NCBI GenBank assembly: GCA_038207335.1
Contig: JBBQZX010000029.1
Coordinates: 14,861-78,860, forward strand
Length of the DNA: 64,000 nucleotides
Origin: Chthoniobacterales bacterium
GTDB lineage: Bacteria; Verrucomicrobiota; Verrucomicrobiia; Chthoniobacterales; Chthoniobacteraceae
Direction: 5' to 3'
Positions 49,820-59,517 of the stretch are shown one piece after another. The position numbers and the translations under genes are program-made. Positions within the stretch are counted from its first letter, which is position 1, and every line of letters starts with the position of its first letter. Under the pieces are notes generated by a model. The model was given only the letters and a program-made list of their open reading frames with translations, was not told the DNA's origin and did no database searches.

Positions 49820-51931
49820 GTGTCCCCTCCCCTCGCCGCCGTCGCACCCGCCCGCGCGAAACCCTCGAAGCCGCATCGCCGCTTGATCCGGGGGTTGCTG
49901 GCGGCGGCGGCCAGTGCCTTCGGGGCTGGCATTATCGGAGCGGTCGGCTGGGCGCTGGCGGATGCTTCACTCGCCGCCGGAACCTACGGCGAACGGGCGA
50001 AGCCGCGTCTCGGCTGGCTCGTCGGCTCGATCGGCGAAAGCTTCGCACGGTTGAGCTACGATTTGCCGTTCATCTTTCGTGGACGGGTGGAGCAGCCCGG
50101 TGCGTGTATCATTTACCTCGACGAATCTTCCGCTGCCGCGCTGGGACAAAACGAGGGCGTCTGGAATCGCTCACTCCACGCGCAGCTCGTCCGCAAACTG
50201 ACCGAAGAAGGAGCGCGCGCGATTTTCTTCGACCTCGTTTTTTCCAACGCCTGGCCCGAACCCAAAGTCGATGAGGACTTCGCGGTCGCAATCCGGGAAA
50301 ATGGGCATGTCTTCCTCGGAGGTGCGCTGGAACTCGACGACGGGATCGGAGCATTGCAGGAGCGCACGCTCGCTCCGGTTTCCATTCTGCGCCGTGCCGC
50401 CGCGGGCTGGGGACTGCTCGCATTTCGCCCGGTGGATGCCGACTACAGCGTGCGCCGGATTTACACTGGCTTGGACAATGTCCCGTCGGCGACATGGCGT
50501 GCCGCGATCAAGCTCGGCGCGCCGCTGATCGACTCGCCGGAGGAGCGCGCGAAGTGGCGCTGGATGAACTACTACGGACCGAACAAATCCTTTCTCAGTC
50601 TCAGCTACGACCGGGCGATCGCTCCAGACGGATCGCCCCCAAATTTTTTCCGCGACCGCATCGTTTTCATCGGCGGGCGGCCCACGCTCGGTGCCTTGGC
50701 GATGGGCCGAGACGAATTTCGGACGCCGTTCGGCTGGCTGAACGCTGAATTTTCGACCGGCGTGGAAGTGCACCTCACCACCCTGCTCAACCTGCTCCAC
50801 GGCGACTCTCTCACCCGGCTCGGTGCGGAACGTGAGCTGTGGCTGGTCCTGAGTTTCGGCGTCCTGCTCGGCGGCATCCTGCCTCTTTTCCGCCCGCACC
50901 TGGCCGCTGCTGCAGCCGTCCTCGCGGCCATCGGCATCGGCGCCGCCGCGTTCTGGCTTTTTCAAAAAGAGCACGTCTGGTTTGGCTGGTGCATCCCTGC
51001 ATTCGCCCAGACGCCGCTCGCGATCGGCTGGGCGGTGGGCACTCGATATTTCCTCGAGGAACGGCGGCGCACGGCGTTGCGCCAGGCGTTTTCGCACTAC
51101 CTCTCGCCGCAAATGGCCGACCGCATCGCCAACGCCGACTTCGATCTCCGGCCTGGAGGCGCCTTGGTCGAGGCGAGTGTGATGTTCACCGACCTCGAAG
51201 ATTTCACCGCACTCACCGAGCGGCTGAACGACCCGGAGCGACTCTCGGAAATCCTCACGCGATACTTCACCCAAACCACGAGTCACGTCCTCGAAAACGA
51301 TGGCACGATCATCAAATACTTCGGCGACGCCGTGCTCGCAGTCTGGGGTGCGCCGATCGCGGACAAAAACCACGTCCAAAAAGCGGCGCTCGCCGCGTGC
51401 CGGCTCCACGCCGCTTCCGGCATCGAAGTCGATGGGCGTGCGCTCAGGACGCGGGTCGGTCTCCACTCTGGGATGATGCTCGCTGGCAATCTCGGCTCCG
51501 CGCAACGCTTCGATTACTCCGTCATTGGCGACGCGGTGAATTTCGCCTCCCGGCTTGAGGGCCTGAACAAATACTTCGGGACGAACATCCTCATTTCAGA
51601 CGCCACTCGCCAACGTCTCGGGGACGCATTCCTCACCCGCTGCCTTGGTAAATTTAGAGTCGTGGGGAAGTCGGAGGCAATCGTAATTCACGAGCTTTTG
51701 GGTCCAGCAGAAACCTGCGGGCCTGCGCCCTGGCTGGAGCAGTTTGCGCGCGGCCTCGATGCGTTTCGGCTCAGCGAATTCGGTCTCTGCGAACAACTCA
51801 TGCAGCAGGTGATCGACTCGCGACAGGGTGCAGATGGGCCGGCATCATTTTACGTGAGCAAGATCGCGGAATTCCGTGAAGATGGCGTCCCTCTTGGCTG
51901 GGACGGGTCAATTCAATTCACATCGAAGTAA
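49820..51931 (+). CDS. CHASE2-domain class III adenylate cyclase
   Basis: CHASE2 (IIYLDE, IFFDLVF, GVEVH), 3 TM helices, FTDLEDFT, IIKYFGDAV, DYSVIGDAVNFASRLEG; Lys/Asp indicate ATP specificity. Confidence 0.92.
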   Translation: MSPPLAAVAPARAKPSKPHRRLIRGLLAAAASAFGAGIIGAVGWALADASLAAGTYGERAKPRLGWLVGSIGESFARLSYDLPFIFRGRVEQPGACIIYLDESSAAALGQNEGVWNRSLHAQLVRKLTEEGARAIFFDLVFSNAWPEPKVDEDFAVAIRENGHVFLGGALELDDGIGALQERTLAPVSILRRAAAGWGLLAFRPVDADYSVRRIYTGLDNVPSATWRAAIKLGAPLIDSPEERAKWRWMNYYGPNKSFLSLSYDRAIAPDGSPPNFFRDRIVFIGGRPTLGALAMGRDEFRTPFGWLNAEFSTGVEVHLTTLLNLLHGDSLTRLGAERELWLVLSFGVLLGGILPLFRPHLAAAAAVLAAIGIGAAAFWLFQKEHVWFGWCIPAFAQTPLAIGWAVGTRYFLEERRRTALRQAFSHYLSPQMADRIANADFDLRPGGALVEASVMFTDLEDFTALTERLNDPERLSEILTRYFTQTTSHVLENDGTIIKYFGDAVLAVWGAPIADKNHVQKAALAACRLHAASGIEVDGRALRTRVGLHSGMMLAGNLGSAQRFDYSVIGDAVNFASRLEGLNKYFGTNILISDATRQRLGDAFLTRCLGKFRVVGKSEAIVIHELLGPAETCGPAPWLEQFARGLDAFRLSEFGLCEQLMQQVIDSRQGADGPASFYVSKIAEFREDGVPLGWDGSIQFTSK

Positions 51932-52043
51932 CTCGTTCGCTCGGCCTGCCGCAAAACACGGTCCCGGGCGTCGGAATTTGCCTGTCAAAAGACTCGTTTC
52001 AAGCTTCCGGATGTTCCACCGCGAAGAATACCTGACTTCAAGG

Positions 52044-52060
52044 TGTGCTAGAATTTGTGC
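52044..52060 (+). repeat. 17-bp direct repeat, copy 2 (within a TGTGCTAGA-ATT-TGTGCTAGA tandem)
   Basis: Identical to 38567-38583. Confidence 0.8.
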
Positions 52061-52164
52061 TAGAGTGGGTGCTTTTCTGGCGGTCCTTCTGACCAGTAGC
52101 TTTGAGCGGTGAATCGCCCGGAGAGGCTGATAAACGCTTGAGAAGATGGAATTCCAAGCACGGC

Positions 52165-52492
52165 CAATTCTCTCGGCACTGCGGAGCCTGCTCGACGCGC
52201 TTCCAAGAGAGGTTGCTTCGCGCGAGGTCGGAAGACGGACGGGGTCGTCATCCACGAACTTCTCGCTACCGCGGCGGAGACGGTGTTGGAGCCTTGGCTC
52301 GAAAGTTTACGCGCGGGCTCGAGACATTCCGGCGCGCCAGCTCGACGAATGCGAACTGCAAATGCGCGAGACGATCTCGGCGCGCAGCAGCGTGGATGGA
52401 CTGGCAACATTCTATTTGGGAAAGCTGGAGATGTTGCGCCAAAAGGGCTGCCGCCTGATTGGACCGGCGCAATCGAATTCACCTCGAGCTAA
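52165..52492 (+). pseudogene. Chimeric relic: fragment of a 38834-gene paralog fused to a frameshifted cyclase 3' end
   Basis: ILSALRSLLDALPREVASRE vs ILTALRTLLDSLPREVASHE; then VVIHELL..PWLES(F)TRGLETFR..DGLATFY..LPPDWTGAIEFTSS* vs IVIHELL..PWLEQFARGLDAFR..DGPASFY..VPLGWDGSIQFTSK*. Confidence 0.85.
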
Positions 52493-52671
52493 GAACCGGC
52501 GAACCCGCACGTGCGGAATGTCGTGGCCCAAGCAATATCTCCTGATTCCGCAATCGCAATGCGTTCACTAAAACTGAGCTTCCGATCAGAGGCTGGGATC
52601 TGTCACGCCTTCGAAAATTAATCAAAAAAACCGCTGGACAACACGAAATGCGCTCTATATCCCGGACGGTC

Positions 52672-53220
52672 ATGAGATCAAGCGCGCGCCGGAAATATCT
52701 GATTCACTCGTTGACTTTGGCAGTGGTAGGTTTCCTCGGCGTCGGCCGGGCATTTGGCGGAGCGGATGAAGCATCCGATAAAGCCTTTCAAATGGCTGCA
52801 AAATACTCGGCAATGGGTTATTACGTGGCTCCCAGCAAGGAGGGGTGGACCGGATTCGGCGTCACACTCGAGTTCACCGTGCCCGTGAGCGCCGGTGTGG
52901 ACTACATCTTTATCCTCGGTGGCGACAAATACCTGCTCGATCCCGATGTGTGGATCGAGTCTGAATACGGCAACACGATCGTGAAAGATACCCGCAAATA
53001 CGATAACGGAATGTGCGGCGTGCGCTGGCGTTCCGACTACAATGGGACTGCGAATGTTGTCGTACACATCGCTCGCGCGACCAGTCGCTGCGCTTGGGCC
53101 GCTGTCATGGGCCGCAGAGGCACCGCGACAAACCGCGTTCCAAACGAGTTCGGAACCTCGACCCCTTCGGTCGCGATACCCACTCCCGGAAAGCCGGTTC
53201 AGGCCGTCGGTGGAGAATAA
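52672..53220 (+). CDS. Hypothetical secreted protein (PPC-like beta-sandwich)
   Basis: Signal peptide; VPVSAGVDYIFILGGD..DPDVWI..GNTIVKD pattern. Confidence 0.65.
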   Translation: MRSSARRKYLIHSLTLAVVGFLGVGRAFGGADEASDKAFQMAAKYSAMGYYVAPSKEGWTGFGVTLEFTVPVSAGVDYIFILGGDKYLLDPDVWIESEYGNTIVKDTRKYDNGMCGVRWRSDYNGTANVVVHIARATSRCAWAAVMGRRGTATNRVPNEFGTSTPSVAIPTPGKPVQAVGGE

Positions 53221-53249
53221 CGGCGATATTTCCTCAACACGGCATCGAT

Positions 53250-53495
53250 ATGAAAAAAGCTCTGACGGCTGCGGCCCTTTGCGTCGTTTGCATGACTGCT
53301 TGTAAGACCCGCACCGTGGTTTACACGACGCCCACGGCTCGCCCGGCACCTGCGACCGGGCCGACGCGGACGGTCACCAATACCGTGTATGTAGAATCCG
53401 AATCCGACCAACCGACTTCATTGCCGGGGCAGCCCCACAAAGTTTCGGACCCCGGATCTGCGGAAAATTTCCGCGCATCCGAGACCGAGCGCTAA
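53250..53495 (+). CDS. Small lipoprotein
   Basis: MKKALTAAALCVVCMTAC lipobox; T/P-rich. Confidence 0.65.
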   Translation: MKKALTAAALCVVCMTACKTRTVVYTTPTARPAPATGPTRTVTNTVYVESESDQPTSLPGQPHKVSDPGSAENFRASETER

Positions 53496-53521
53496 CTATC
53501 AACTTAACCATCAGCCACCTT

Positions 53522-53740
53522 ATGCGTAAACTATTGCTCATTCTCCCGCTTGCCATCGCCACGCTGCTGCCGGCTTGCACGACAAAAACCGAAGTAGTCG
53601 CCCTGCAACCGGTTTCAAAGCCCGCGCCGAAGCGAGTCGCCTCTTCGACGACGACGGTGCACGTTCATAAAACTGGCGCGCCGCGTCCCACCCCTTGGGC
53701 GACCGACGTGGTGAACGCTTACGACGAGAAGCGGGATTAA
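53522..53740 (+). CDS. Small lipoprotein
   Basis: MRKLLLILPLAIATLLPAC lipobox. Confidence 0.65.
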   Translation: MRKLLLILPLAIATLLPACTTKTEVVALQPVSKPAPKRVASSTTTVHVHKTGAPRPTPWATDVVNAYDEKRD

Positions 53741-53802
53741 AGGTCTTGATGAGGTAGAGCAAGGTTCTTGAATTTCGCGCGCCGGCATCCGGCCGCGCAG
53801 CA

Positions 53803-53836
53803 CGCAAGGCCCAAGGCATCCGGCTTGGGCCTTGCG
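53803..53836. terminator. Strong hairpin after the lipoprotein genes
   Basis: CGCAAGGCCCAAG / CTTGGGCCTTGCG 13-bp perfect stem; weak U-tract. Confidence 0.5.
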
Positions 53837-54237
53837 GCATTTACAAGCCAGACTCTTGTCTGGCATTCGAGAGTAGTTGCCAGCGTCCGGTGCCGAAAGG
53901 TCAAACCCGAGGTTAGCGGGAATTGCCAATCAAGGCGAACAATGGCGAAATGCGAGGCGAGATGACGGCGCTGCGGCCGCCTTTTTTGGAGCCGCGGTGC
54001 CTCCAAAAGTGCGACCGAGCGAGTCACGCTCCAGACGTTTTTTCCCTTTCGTATGGAAAGCCAATCGCAGGCGATCAAGTGATCGACAGTGCTCGCGAGA
54101 CCCGCGGCCTGAGCTAGCGCGGTAGATTTTTGGCCGTACTCAGTGGTGTCGTGCGGTGCGGCGATCGGTTCGGCGGTTGATTTTTACTCCCGCGTTTCCG
54201 AGTCCTCGACGCAGGACCATCCTTTGGCACTTCGCAG

Positions 54238-54411
54238 CTACATCCCAGCAACGCGCAATGCTTGCTCCACGATTTGCGGCTTGCTAACTAGTACCACGAG
54301 GAGTGTGGTGAGGGTCGCGAGGGTCGCGACCAGCTGAGGTCGCACTTCGAACCACGGGCGTTCGCTGTTCTGGGAGAACTGACGATTTCCGATTTCGATG
54401 TTGGTTGTCAT
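54238..54411 (-). CDS. Possible 57-aa single-TM protein
   Basis: MTTNIEIGNRQ...LVATLATLTTLLVVLVSK...AGM*; below the ORF-track cutoff. Confidence 0.3.
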   Translation of the reverse strand: MTTNIEIGNRQFSQNSERPWFEVRPQLVATLATLTTLLVVLVSKPQIVEQALRVAGM

Positions 54412-54509
54412 AACGGCCCTAAGCTACCCGCCGGACTCGATTTGAGCACGTTACGAGTCCGTGAAACGCGTGACATTTTCGTGACACAAAATGCTTCCGG
54501 AATCCGCGC

Positions 54510-54537
54510 TTGATTCACCCTTTTGCATTCCTACCCT
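54510..54537 (+). promoter_or_regulatory. Sigma70-like promoter giving a probable leaderless gcvP mRNA
   Basis: TTGATT-N16-TACCCT followed 6 nt later by ATG 54544; no SD. Confidence 0.45.
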
Positions 54538-54543
54538 CCTGCG

Positions 54544-57414
54544 ATGCACGACATCATCGCGAGGCCATCAGCCGCGAATTCCGCTTCAATTCTCGCTCCA
54601 ACCGACACTTTTCTCCGCCGCCATCTCGGGCCGAATGCGGACGAAATCGCGCAGATGCTCTCGGCGCTCGACAAACCGTCGCTCGACGCGCTGATCGATG
54701 CCGCGGTGCCGCGAAAAATCCGCAGTGCGCACCCGCTCCGGCTCCCGCCCGCGAGCGGCGAACACAGCGCCCTGGCTGATCTCCGGGTGATTGCTGCAAA
54801 AAACAAGGTCTTCAAAAACTATCTCGGGCAGGGCTACAGCGACTGCATCACGCCACCGGTGATCCAGCGGAACATATTGGAAAATCCGGGCTGGTACACT
54901 GCCTACACGCCGTATCAGGCGGAGATTTCGCAGGGACGCATGGAGGCGCTCATCAACTTCCAGCAGATGGTAATCGACCTCACCGGGCTCGACATCGCGA
55001 ACGCCTCGCTGCTCGACGAGGCGACCGCCGCCGCGGAGGCGATGCACATGGCGCAGCAGGTCTGCAAAGACGCGGATGCGAACGCGATTTTCGTCTCGCG
55101 ATTCTGCCACCCGCAAACCATCGCGGTCATTCATACGCGAGCCGAAGCGCTCGGGATCGAGGTCATCGTCGGCGAGGAGGGAGCGTTCGATTTTGGGAAA
55201 AAGGTGTTCGCCGTGCTGCTGCAATACCCCGACACGCTCGGCGCGATTCGCGACCACGCACCGTTCATCGAGCGGGCGCACGCGGCGGGCGCGCTGGCGA
55301 TCGTCGCGGCGGATATTCTCGCGCTCACGCTGCTACGGACGCCGGGCGAATTCGGCGCGGACATCGCGGTCGGATCGACGCAACGCTTCGGCGTGCCGCT
55401 CGGTTTCGGTGGGCCGCACGCGGCCTACATGGCGACGCGCGATGCGCTCAAACGCTTGATGCCCGGGCGATTAGTCGGCGTTTCAAAAGACTCGCACGGC
55501 AATGCCGCATATCGCCTTTCGCTGCAGACTCGCGAGCAGCACATCCGCCGCGACAAGGCGACCAGCAACATCTGCACGGCGCAAGTCCTCCTCGCGGTGA
55601 TGGCGTCGATGTACGCGGTCTATCACGGGCCGGACGGCTTGCAGAAGATCGCGCGGCGCGTTCACGCGGCGGCGGGGATTTTCGCGAGCGCGGTGTGTGC
55701 AAGCGGGCTCTCGATCCTCGGCGAAGAGTTCTTCGACACGGTGAGCGTTTCGTTCCGCGAACTCGCGCGGCGCGATGCGATTTTTAGCGCGGCAGCCGAG
55801 CGCGGCATCAATGTCCGCGCACTCGACCATAGCACGATCGTCGTCGCGCTCGACGAGACGCTCGACGAGTCTGCGCTGCGGGAGTTGATCGCGCTTTTCA
55901 CCGGAAGCGACGCGACGCCCGACGGCGATTATGAGCCGGGCATCAGCCAGCTCACAGGATTCGCGCGCACGTCGCCATTTCTCACGCACCCGGTTTTCAA
56001 CACGCACCACACCGAGACGGAGATGCTCCGCTACATCCGCCGGCTCGAGGCGAAGGATCTGTCGCTCACTACTTCGATGATCCCGCTGGGCTCCTGCACG
56101 ATGAAGCTGAACGCGACGAGCGAGATGCTCCCGGTGACGTGGCCGGAGTTTGGAAAGCTGCATCCTTTCGCACCGAAAACGCAGACCGCCGGATACGCGG
56201 ACATGTGCGCGCAGCTCGAAGGGTGGCTCGCGGAGATCACGGGATTTGCGGGCGTCTCGCTGGAGCCGAACGCAGGCTCGCAGGGCGAATACGCGGGGCT
56301 GCTGGTGATCCGAAAATTCCACGAAACGCGCGGCGAAGCGCATCGCAATGTCTGCCTCATCCCGACCTCCGCGCACGGCACGAATCCGGCCAGCGCGGTG
56401 ATGGCCGGCATGCGCGTCGTCACGGTCGCGTGTCTCACGGACGGCGACATCGACATGGCCGCCCTGACCGCGAAGGCCGATGAACACAAGGATCGGCTCG
56501 CAGCGCTCATGGTGACCTACCCGAGCACGCACGGCGTTTTCGAGGAGACGATCGTCGATATTTGCACGCTGATCCATGCGCGCGGCGGGCAGGTCTATAT
56601 GGACGGCGCGAACATGAACGCGCAGGTCGGGCTCACCTCGCCGGGACGGATCGGGGCGGATGTCTGCCACCTGAATTTGCACAAGACGTTTTGCATTCCG
56701 CATGGCGGAGGCGGTCCGGGAATGGGGCCGATCGGCGTGGCGGCGCATCTGGTGCCATTTCTCGGACGTGGAGAAAGTAAGATCGGCGCGGTGAGCGCGG
56801 CGCCGTTTGGGAGCGCGAGCATCCTCACGATCCCGTGGATGTATGTGCGGATGATGGGCGGCGATGGGCTCACGGAGGCGACGCGCGTGGCGATCTTGAA
56901 TGCGAACTACATCGCGCATCGGCTCGATCCGTTTTTCCCTGTGCTCTTCAAAGGACGCGGCGGATTCGTGGCGCACGAGTGCATCGTCGATTTGCGCGGC
57001 TTTCAAAAGACGACGGCGGAGGATGTGGCAAAGCGGCTCATGGACTACGGCTTTCACGCGCCGACGCTGAGCTGGCCGGTCGTCGGGACGCTCATGATCG
57101 AGCCGACGGAGAGCGAATCGAAAGACGAGCTCGACCGCTTTTGCGAAGCGATGATCGCGATCCACGCCGAGATGCTCGCCGTGGAAAATGGCGACACCGA
57201 CGTGACTGACAACGTCCTCAAAAACGCACCGCACACCGCGCGCTCCGTGACCGCGAGTGACTGGCCGCACGCCTACTCCCGCGAGCAAGCCGCCTACCCC
57301 GCGCCATGGCTTCGCGACCACAAATTCTGGCCCGCAATCGGCCGTATCGACAACGTCTTCGGCGACCGCAACCTCTTCTGTGCCTGCGTACCGGTGGAGT
57401 CCGCGGGCAGTTAG
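54544..57414 (+). CDS. gcvP: Glycine dehydrogenase (decarboxylating), P protein
   Basis: [54 protein letters not shown]. Confidence 0.97.
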   Translation: MHDIIARPSAANSASILAPTDTFLRRHLGPNADEIAQMLSALDKPSLDALIDAAVPRKIRSAHPLRLPPASGEHSALADLRVIAAKNKVFKNYLGQGYSDCITPPVIQRNILENPGWYTAYTPYQAEISQGRMEALINFQQMVIDLTGLDIANASLLDEATAAAEAMHMAQQVCKDADANAIFVSRFCHPQTIAVIHTRAEALGIEVIVGEEGAFDFGKKVFAVLLQYPDTLGAIRDHAPFIERAHAAGALAIVAADILALTLLRTPGEFGADIAVGSTQRFGVPLGFGGPHAAYMATRDALKRLMPGRLVGVSKDSHGNAAYRLSLQTREQHIRRDKATSNICTAQVLLAVMASMYAVYHGPDGLQKIARRVHAAAGIFASAVCASGLSILGEEFFDTVSVSFRELARRDAIFSAAAERGINVRALDHSTIVVALDETLDESALRELIALFTGSDATPDGDYEPGISQLTGFARTSPFLTHPVFNTHHTETEMLRYIRRLEAKDLSLTTSMIPLGSCTMKLNATSEMLPVTWPEFGKLHPFAPKTQTAGYADMCAQLEGWLAEITGFAGVSLEPNAGSQGEYAGLLVIRKFHETRGEAHRNVCLIPTSAHGTNPASAVMAGMRVVTVACLTDGDIDMAALTAKADEHKDRLAALMVTYPSTHGVFEETIVDICTLIHARGGQVYMDGANMNAQVGLTSPGRIGADVCHLNLHKTFCIPHGGGGPGMGPIGVAAHLVPFLGRGESKIGAVSAAPFGSASILTIPWMYVRMMGGDGLTEATRVAILNANYIAHRLDPFFPVLFKGRGGFVAHECIVDLRGFQKTTAEDVAKRLMDYGFHAPTLSWPVVGTLMIEPTESESKDELDRFCEAMIAIHAEMLAVENGDTDVTDNVLKNAPHTARSVTASDWPHAYSREQAAYPAPWLRDHKFWPAIGRIDNVFGDRNLFCACVPVESAGS

Positions 57415-59304
57415 CTATTCCACGCTGGAAACCGTTCGCGGGTCGGGGCCCCAGACGACTTCGTAGTAGCCGATCATCATCTCTTCGTTGCTCTGAAGTC
57501 CGAAGAAGACTTTCTTTGCGGGGTCGGGGTTGGCTTTGTTGGCGGGGCTGTTGTCGTAGGTGGCGATAGCTTTGAGCCGCGTGCCTTTTGGCAGGAGGCG
57601 GGGCTTATCGAGGACGTATTCGACTTGCCACTCGAAGTCCCATTTTGGCACGTCGAGAAGGACTTCGCTTTTGCCATCGGGGAACTCTGCGATGTAGCGG
57701 AAGGATTTGCCGCGGAGATGCATGTGGGGGCGCAGGGAGAGGAGGGTGGCGTCGCGCGGCATGACTTTGCTGGCGGTGACTTGGTAGTTCGCGTCGCCGG
57801 GCGGGATCTCGAATGCGACGGTGGCGAGGGAGCGGGAATCGACGGGCTCGGTGGGGGGCTCTTTTGCGAAGCGGAGGCCGAGGCGGGTCTTGGATTCGTG
57901 CGCAGTGCCGTCGGGGGTGTAGTGGATTTGCATGACGATGGTGGCGCCCGCGGGGAGGAGCTTGGCGCGACCGGGCGGGTAGATCATGCCGCGGCCGGCG
58001 GAGAGGGTGGTGGCGAAGCTGCCATTGAGGCCGCCGCCGCCGCCGACGTTCATGTCTTTTGTGATGTAAGGGAAGAAGCGGACGATCCACTTCAGGCGGT
58101 CTTCGGCTTTCACGCCATCGAGCAGGCTGAGGGGGTCGAAGTGCGGGGTCCACGGGCGGGTGGTGCCGGGCGCGGGAGGGGCGGCTTTTTCAGTGAAGAT
58201 GAGGACGTGGTGGACGATCTCGGGGGTGGTGGAGAGGATTTGTGTGGCCTCGACCCAGCGGTCTTCGGTGAGATTCGTGGGAATGCGGACGTAGCGGTAG
58301 GGGACTTGGCCCGCGGCGGGGATTTGCGCGGCGTCGGTTTCGAGGACGACGTCGGGGGTGCCGATCTCCCACTCGGTGCGCAAGGGAGGCGGGGGGAGCG
58401 CCTTTGCGAGATCGCCGGCCGGCATGCCGTCATCGATCCATGCGAGAACTTTTTTGAGGTCGTCGGGGCTGAGGGAGGGGTCGTTTGAAAAGTGGCCGTG
58501 CTCGGGGTTGGCGCTCCACGGCGGCATCCGGCGCTCTTCGACGACTTCATCGAGCATGCGCGCGCGGCGGCGGATGTCTTTATAGGTGACGAGCGCGAAT
58601 GGGGCGTTGCCGCCCTTTTGGTGGCAGTCGGTGCAGTGCGCGCGGAAGACTTTTTCCACGTCGCCGTAGAATTGCGGGCCGCCGTCTTTCTGAGCGACGG
58701 GCGCGTCGGGCGTCCACTCGAGCAGGCAACCCATGGGGTCGGTGGCGGCGAGGGCTACGGGCTTGTCCGCGAGCACGGCTTCGAGCGCGGCGCGGAGGTG
58801 CTCGGCTTTCGGCTCGTCTTTGCGAAATGTCCCGGTGCCGATGCCCGGCTCGCGGCGGTATCCGTATTGGTCATCGATCGCGCCGCGATAGGCCACGCGG
58901 CCCGCGCGATCGAGCACGACGACATCGGTGGTGCTGCGTGCGCCAGCGAGGCGTGCGAGGGTTCCCTTTGAATCGCAGATGAGCGGCACGTCGCCTTTCG
59001 CGGCAGCGCGCAGGGAATCTGGTGTGGCATCGGGGGTGGAGTCCACGAGCAGAAATGCGACGCCGCGGGAGGCGAACTCCGCGGCCATCGCGCGCAGCCG
59101 AGGCGCATAGACTTTCGCCATCGGGCAATCCGCAGCAGTCCACGCGAGCACGGTGACTGAGCCTTTTTCGAGCGTGTGACTTTTCCCCGAGACATCGACC
59201 AACTCAGGGACGGCGAGCGGCTCCGGGGATTCCGCGGAAAAGGCGGAGCTCGCGAACATCGCGGACAACGAAACGCACGAGATGAAGAGGCGGAGGTGAT
59301 TCAT
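57415..59304 (-). CDS. Secreted redoxin + c-type heme + copper type II monooxygenase-like fusion protein
   Basis: Signal peptide; DCP and YRGAIDDQY (redoxin); CTDCH; MPPW; IVHHV, PHMHLRG, EEMMIG; start MNHLRL at 59304. Confidence 0.82.
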   Translation of the reverse strand: MNHLRLFISCVSLSAMFASSAFSAESPEPLAVPELVDVSGKSHTLEKGSVTVLAWTAADCPMAKVYAPRLRAMAAEFASRGVAFLLVDSTPDATPDSLRAAAKGDVPLICDSKGTLARLAGARSTTDVVVLDRAGRVAYRGAIDDQYGYRREPGIGTGTFRKDEPKAEHLRAALEAVLADKPVALAATDPMGCLLEWTPDAPVAQKDGGPQFYGDVEKVFRAHCTDCHQKGGNAPFALVTYKDIRRRARMLDEVVEERRMPPWSANPEHGHFSNDPSLSPDDLKKVLAWIDDGMPAGDLAKALPPPPLRTEWEIGTPDVVLETDAAQIPAAGQVPYRYVRIPTNLTEDRWVEATQILSTTPEIVHHVLIFTEKAAPPAPGTTRPWTPHFDPLSLLDGVKAEDRLKWIVRFFPYITKDMNVGGGGGLNGSFATTLSAGRGMIYPPGRAKLLPAGATIVMQIHYTPDGTAHESKTRLGLRFAKEPPTEPVDSRSLATVAFEIPPGDANYQVTASKVMPRDATLLSLRPHMHLRGKSFRYIAEFPDGKSEVLLDVPKWDFEWQVEYVLDKPRLLPKGTRLKAIATYDNSPANKANPDPAKKVFFGLQSNEEMMIGYYEVVWGPDPRTVSSVE

Positions 59305-59517
59305 GTTTTCGCGGGGATCGGCTCGCAAGAGACGGTGGGCATGACGGCTGTGCAAGCCGCAACACGGCTCGGATGGCAGAATGCGTGGATTTTTCGCGAA
59401 GACGCGAAACTTTCTCGCAAGATTTCGCGCGGCTTGAGTATTCATCCATAGCCGATATTCTCCCAATCCCCGTCGCTCCCCCGCGACTCCCAAACCAACC
59501 CCGTCAGTCTCCCCGAT

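Noticed and set aside
52165..52492. DGR template/variable repeat pair with gene 1 or the cyclase
   Set aside because: Mismatches are not adenine-specific, indels are present, and there is no reverse transcriptase in the window.
53840..54540. Glycine or c-di-GMP riboswitch upstream of gcvP
   Set aside because: Several hairpins are present but I could not find the conserved aptamer motifs. A promoter directly before the ATG suggests a leaderless mRNA.
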